Virus record (IMG/VR): IMGVR_UViG_3300025168_000062
Direction: 5' to 3' (one strand)
Length of the DNA: 20,000 nucleotides
Source: an uncultured virus (IMG/VR IMGVR_UViG_3300025168_000062)
Taxonomy: Duplodnaviria > Heunggongvirae > Uroviricota > Caudoviricetes
Both the position numbers and the translations under genes were made by a program. The notes under the pieces were generated by a model. That model saw nothing but the letters and a program-made list of their open reading frames with translations. It searched no databases and was not told the origin of the DNA. Shown in pieces: positions 16,790 to 20,000 of this stretch (position 1 is the first letter of the stretch; every line of letters starts with the position of its first letter).

Positions 16790-17202
16790 GACTCCTTTAC
16801 AATATCCGTCATCTCTTCATCATTCTCAATTAAGCACTCAGGACATAGAAAATATATTTCTCTAAAAGCATTAGAGATTAGGACAGTATTCTCATCCTTA
16901 TGTTCTCCACAGTTCTCGCATTTATTCTCTTGAAATCTCCCAATTATCTTATGATATCTCGGAAGTGATAATACTCGCCTATCTATTCTCCCATGATGTA
17001 ATGACTCTGATTGTTCGAGACATTTCGGACAGAAGGGAGCAAACGTGCAGTTATCTCCTATCTTTGCTCCTTGTCTATATCTCACAATCATCGAGTTTAC
17101 GTCATAAAGACCTATCATACAGTCTCTATTTTTACATCTCGCTATTACGCTGTCTCCGTTATGCTTCGCTCCGTTAGTTTGCATCTCTTTTTCTATCCAC
17201 AT
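16777..17202 (-). CDS. Double Zn-finger hypothetical protein
   Basis: CKNRDC, CPKC, CENC, CPEC. Confidence 0.75.
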   Translation of the reverse strand: MWIEKEMQTNGAKHNGDSVIARCKNRDCMIGLYDVNSMIVRYRQGAKIGDNCTFAPFCPKCLEQSESLHHGRIDRRVLSLPRYHKIIGRFQENKCENCGEHKDENTVLISNAFREIYFLCPECLIENDEEMTDIVKESWKE

Positions 17203-17205
17203 TTC

Positions 17206-17325
17206 TCATTCACATCTCCATATATTATGGCACATCTCGCATAGTTTCAATACTCTTTTAGTTTCTTTCTCGTCAATCCAATGAGTCCACGTTCCACACG
17301 AGCAACCATCACAAATCTCTTTCAC
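17206..17325 (-). CDS. Small Cys-rich protein (39 aa, GTG start)
   Basis: MKEICDGCSCGTWTHWIDEKETKRVLKLCEMCHNIWRCE. Confidence 0.55.
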   Translation of the reverse strand: MKEICDGCSCGTWTHWIDEKETKRVLKLCEMCHNIWRCE

Positions 17326-17353
17326 TTCCCATAACCTCTCATCAGCGTCATAT

Positions 17354-17378
17354 GATATAAAGATTTCCCACTCACGAG
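17354..17378 (-). promoter_or_regulatory. CTCNNGAG-N9-TATA promoter (divergent pair, left)
   Basis: CTCGTGAG TGGGAAATC TTTATATC. Confidence 0.85.
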
Positions 17379-17385
17379 ACATAGG

Positions 17386-17410
17386 CTCAAGAGTCAGAAA
17401 AGTTTATATC
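17386..17410 (+). promoter_or_regulatory. CTCNNGAG-N9-TATA promoter (divergent pair, right)
   Basis: CTCAAGAG TCAGAAAAG TTTATATC. Confidence 0.85.
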
Positions 17411-17449
17411 TGATTACTTAAATGAGGTAGTGCCGGAAGGCGGAGGATA

Positions 17450-17902
17450 ATGATTAATATGAGAACAGTAATGCAGAGAAATATACCAGAGAAATACCTT
17501 AACGAGTGGGGTTATCCGAAATCGGAGCACTTCAAGTCTCACCATAGACTCGCACCACTCTACGAGTCACGATGGGAGCCAATCCCACGTGAGAATTACC
17601 ACAGAACGACTTGCCGTGAATGCGGAGTTCTTGGTTCAGAGCATGGCCTTTGGCGAGCAGTTGAATATGTTACGCTAGAGAATGCTCCCGGATGGGAGTT
17701 AGCCCATGTGAGATGCTTTGATTGCGGAGACAATCTTGTTGGAAACGAGCCTTGTGAAGAGTGCATGGGTTGGAAAGAGCCCAAAGCATCGAGACACCTT
17801 ATTGAAGAGCCATCTGATGAAGAGATGGAAGAACTAAAAAGAGAAGGACTAATCGGAGCAGATGCGGTTGACCTATTTTGTCATTGTGAGGAAGAAGAAT
17901 GA
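17450..17902 (+). CDS. Zn-finger hypothetical protein
   Basis: CREC, CFDC, CEEC; GGAGG RBS. Confidence 0.8.
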   Translation: MINMRTVMQRNIPEKYLNEWGYPKSEHFKSHHRLAPLYESRWEPIPRENYHRTTCRECGVLGSEHGLWRAVEYVTLENAPGWELAHVRCFDCGDNLVGNEPCEECMGWKEPKASRHLIEEPSDEEMEELKREGLIGADAVDLFCHCEEEE

Positions 17903-18000
17903 GTAAAGGTCAACGATGTATGGAGTGTGTTGGTGAGGGTAAATGGTGCTACTGGTCACGAATGCTGAGTTGTGATAGAGACGGGGCTGACCAGCCTTAA
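17899..18000 (+). CDS. Cys-rich microprotein (33 aa)
   Basis: MSKGQRCMECVGEGKWCYWSRMLSCDRDGADQP; ATGA overlap. Confidence 0.55.
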   Translation: MSKGQRCMECVGEGKWCYWSRMLSCDRDGADQP

Positions 18001-18067
18001 GCAACTCCTTTTATGTCATAACCGAGCGATTTTTTGGTCTACCGTATTATCCACTATTTCGGGAGCG

Positions 18068-18092
18068 CTCGTGAGTTAGAAACCTTTATATC
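18068..18092 (+). promoter_or_regulatory. CTCNNGAG-N9-TATA promoter
   Basis: CTCGTGAG TTAGAAACC TTTATATC. Confidence 0.85.
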
Positions 18093-18133
18093 TGATGACG
18101 ATGATGAGGTAGTGCCGGAAAGGAGGCCTAAAA

Positions 18134-18808
18134 ATGACAATGAGAAATATAGACGCAGAGACAGAAGAAAGAGATATACAAGAGACCCTTGTAAATCGTG
18201 AGTGGCTTCCGCTAGGAGCCATGAATGGAGTTAGAGTGATAACAGAATACCGAGAAGGTGTTTCTGCTGGCTCTAATTACATCAATCTCACATATAATGA
18301 TTGGGAGTCAAGAGAAGTGGCAACATACCTCAGGGAGAAATGCCATGTATCTGACCCAGACTTGGAGCAGAAAATTGAGTGTAAGAAACAGACACTCAAT
18401 GATTCGACCCACATGGGAGATATGAGATTTTTAGCACGAGATACAGGGTGTAAGAGTGGGTGGTTCAATAGAGCCAATGACAGAGCCTATTTAGTGAGAT
18501 ACACGTCAAGCCGAGTGTATCTTGGACCACAAGAGGGTGGCACTTGGGGGACCCATAGGATGCCTAGAGCAGTTATGGTTTTCCGAGATTACCAAACAGC
18601 CGAGAAAGTTAAGAAATACCTCAAAGAGATAAACAAGGAACATTTCGAGCCAGATTGGAAGTCTCTAGGGCATGACGAGACAGTTAGTTCGACTTACCCC
18701 GAGGGATTCATTCCGAGTATGTGGGTTGGCTCTAAAGAGACAACATATATTGTTGAGCCTGTTATTGGGATGGGCTCTATTGATACGAGTAATTGGCATT
18801 ACGAGTGA
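18134..18808 (+). CDS. Hypothetical protein
   Basis: 224-aa ORF; GGAGG RBS. Confidence 0.85.
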   Translation: MTMRNIDAETEERDIQETLVNREWLPLGAMNGVRVITEYREGVSAGSNYINLTYNDWESREVATYLREKCHVSDPDLEQKIECKKQTLNDSTHMGDMRFLARDTGCKSGWFNRANDRAYLVRYTSSRVYLGPQEGGTWGTHRMPRAVMVFRDYQTAEKVKKYLKEINKEHFEPDWKSLGHDETVSSTYPEGFIPSMWVGSKETTYIVEPVIGMGSIDTSNWHYE

Positions 18809-19254
18809 TTATTATGAGTTACGAGCGAAACAAGAATACCGACTGGGCTCAAAGATGGCAGAGCGAACTGCATAGAGATACAAGAGAGTTTGTATCTTTG
18901 AGTAAGTTGCAGGAGATATTCAGTAATGAGTATGATAGACTCCACAGAAGCGACGAATCAAGCGAGTTTGTTAGAGGCTTTATGAACATGAGCAAAGAAC
19001 AATGGGAGTCATGGGAAGGAGATAGTCATGGCGACCCTGACCTTTACATATACCAAGAGAACCACAATAGAGCGAAGCGCAACACGACCAACCAAGTATA
19101 TGAGTTGTATTGGTCAGCGTATGAGAAACAGCAAGAAAATATTACGGTAGAGCCAATTGTTGCGAGCGATAATGTTGATGACCTAGTTTCCCAAATGGAG
19201 AAAGCCTGCGAGCAAGCATTTGAATCTCGCTTATATGGTCAAACCAGAAATTGA
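18793..19254 (+). CDS. Hypothetical protein
   Basis: ORF; true start probably GTG 18805 or ATG 18814. Confidence 0.8.
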   Translation: MALRVIIMSYERNKNTDWAQRWQSELHRDTREFVSLSKLQEIFSNEYDRLHRSDESSEFVRGFMNMSKEQWESWEGDSHGDPDLYIYQENHNRAKRNTTNQVYELYWSAYEKQQENITVEPIVASDNVDDLVSQMEKACEQAFESRLYGQTRN

Positions 19255-19345
19255 GAGACGGGGCGGAGAGATAAAGTAAGCATCTCTTTCTGCACAGGCG
19301 ACCAACCACGTTTCTCTATCCTCTCAGCATGATTTAACAGGAGCG

Positions 19346-19370
19346 CTCGTGAGTCACAAGGGTTTATATA
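19346..19370 (+). promoter_or_regulatory. CTCNNGAG-N9-TATA promoter
   Basis: CTCGTGAG TCACAAGGG TTTATATA. Confidence 0.85.
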
Positions 19371-19417
19371 GTAAAACGAACATAGAGAGGTAGGCGGGAA
19401 GCCAAAGGAGAAATGAT

Positions 19418-19816
19418 ATGACGAGAAAAAGAATAAGCGAGATGAATGAAGAAGAGCTCAAGGAGAAATATGACATATTGGTCGAAGCATTGACCAATGA
19501 GATGGGTGGTGAGTATTTACCAAGACTCACCGATATGCGAGAAGAACTCGGATATACTGGTCTGGAATATGTTCACGACCCTGGTCATGAATGGGATGAA
19601 TTGAGCAAAGAGACAAGGGCGGCACTCAACGTGGCTGGTCTTGAATATGGGATGGTCATGCAAGACGAACTCGATATAACCGACCTAAACATTGGGTCGT
19701 TTCAACTGAGTATTGAGTCAGGGCATTGGTGGCTCACGGCCGCGAGATGTTATCTGTATGAACTCACAGGTCAGATGGATTGGAGAAAGGTTATCCGAGA
19801 ATCCGACCCGTATTAA
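19418..19816 (+). CDS. Hypothetical acidic protein
   Basis: 132-aa ORF; GGAG RBS. Confidence 0.85.
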   Translation: MTRKRISEMNEEELKEKYDILVEALTNEMGGEYLPRLTDMREELGYTGLEYVHDPGHEWDELSKETRAALNVAGLEYGMVMQDELDITDLNIGSFQLSIESGHWWLTAARCYLYELTGQMDWRKVIRESDPY

Positions 19817-19834
19817 TTGAGCACACAGGCGGGA

Positions 19835-19856
19835 GAGCCGCAAGGGGCTCCTTTTT
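19835..19856 (+). terminator. Hairpin plus oligo-T terminator candidate
   Basis: GAGCC-gcaagg-GGCTC followed by CTTTTT after the gene end. Confidence 0.45.
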
Positions 19857-19900
19857 AATACCCCCGAGCCATAAAATGCTCTCTCAAGAGATACAGAGTT

Positions 19901-19925
19901 CTCAAGAGTCAGAATACTTTATATA
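19901..19925 (+). promoter_or_regulatory. CTCNNGAG-N9-TATA promoter
   Basis: CTCAAGAG TCAGAATAC TTTATATA; extra CTCAAGAG at 19883-19890. Confidence 0.85.
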
Positions 19926-20000
19926 GTTAAACCCCGATGAGGGAGTAGCGGCGGAAGCCGAGGAAAGGTGTAAATGAGAAATGAAATTGAGAAGTAATGA

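Noticed and set aside
18092..18122. Hammerhead-like CTGATGA...GAAA (also ~17320-17345 on the minus strand)
   Set aside because: No stem II or flanking stems; the motif begins upstream of the predicted TSS
5783..19305. GGCGACCAA seen three times (5783, 6010, 19297)
   Set aside because: One copy is coding, and three copies with no consistent position are too few to support a motif
7790..19925. Recurrent CTCAAGAG repeats as a CRISPR array or IS ends
   Set aside because: Dispersed, short and always tied to TATA boxes; no regular spacers, cas genes or transposase

Overview
Gene-dense, AT-rich viral DNA with archaeal expression signals: TATA boxes about 30 nt upstream of leaderless starts and GGAGG/GGTGA ribosome-binding sites. 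It is most consistent with a large tailed archaeal virus, possibly a Magrovirus-like virus of marine Euryarchaeota; that host assignment is inference. The left part (1-~6000, minus strand) holds a pyrimidine-dimer-glycosylase-like gene, HTH/Zn-finger proteins, an MCM-like AAA+ ATPase and an adjacent AT-rich, repeat-rich candidate replication origin. The right part (~6100-20000) is an early/accessory region with an ArdC anti-restriction protein, an XPB/Rad25-like SF2 helicase and many small hypothetical and Zn-finger ORFs. It is organised into about 12 short transcription units. The most notable structure is non-coding: (i) 12 promoters sharing a CTC-NN-GA(G/C) palindrome exactly 9 nt upstream of the TATA box; (ii) leader GGAA/GAA-loop hairpins and tiny leaderless upstream ORFs; (iii) a CGGTAGAG octamer, always in the sense orientation, marking unit ends; (iv) a ~440-nt multi-stem candidate ncRNA behind a strongly expressed 160-aa gene; (v) a 20-bp G-U-rich leader hairpin with an AUUC-repeat loop; (vi) chains of translationally coupled microproteins missed by the ORF track.
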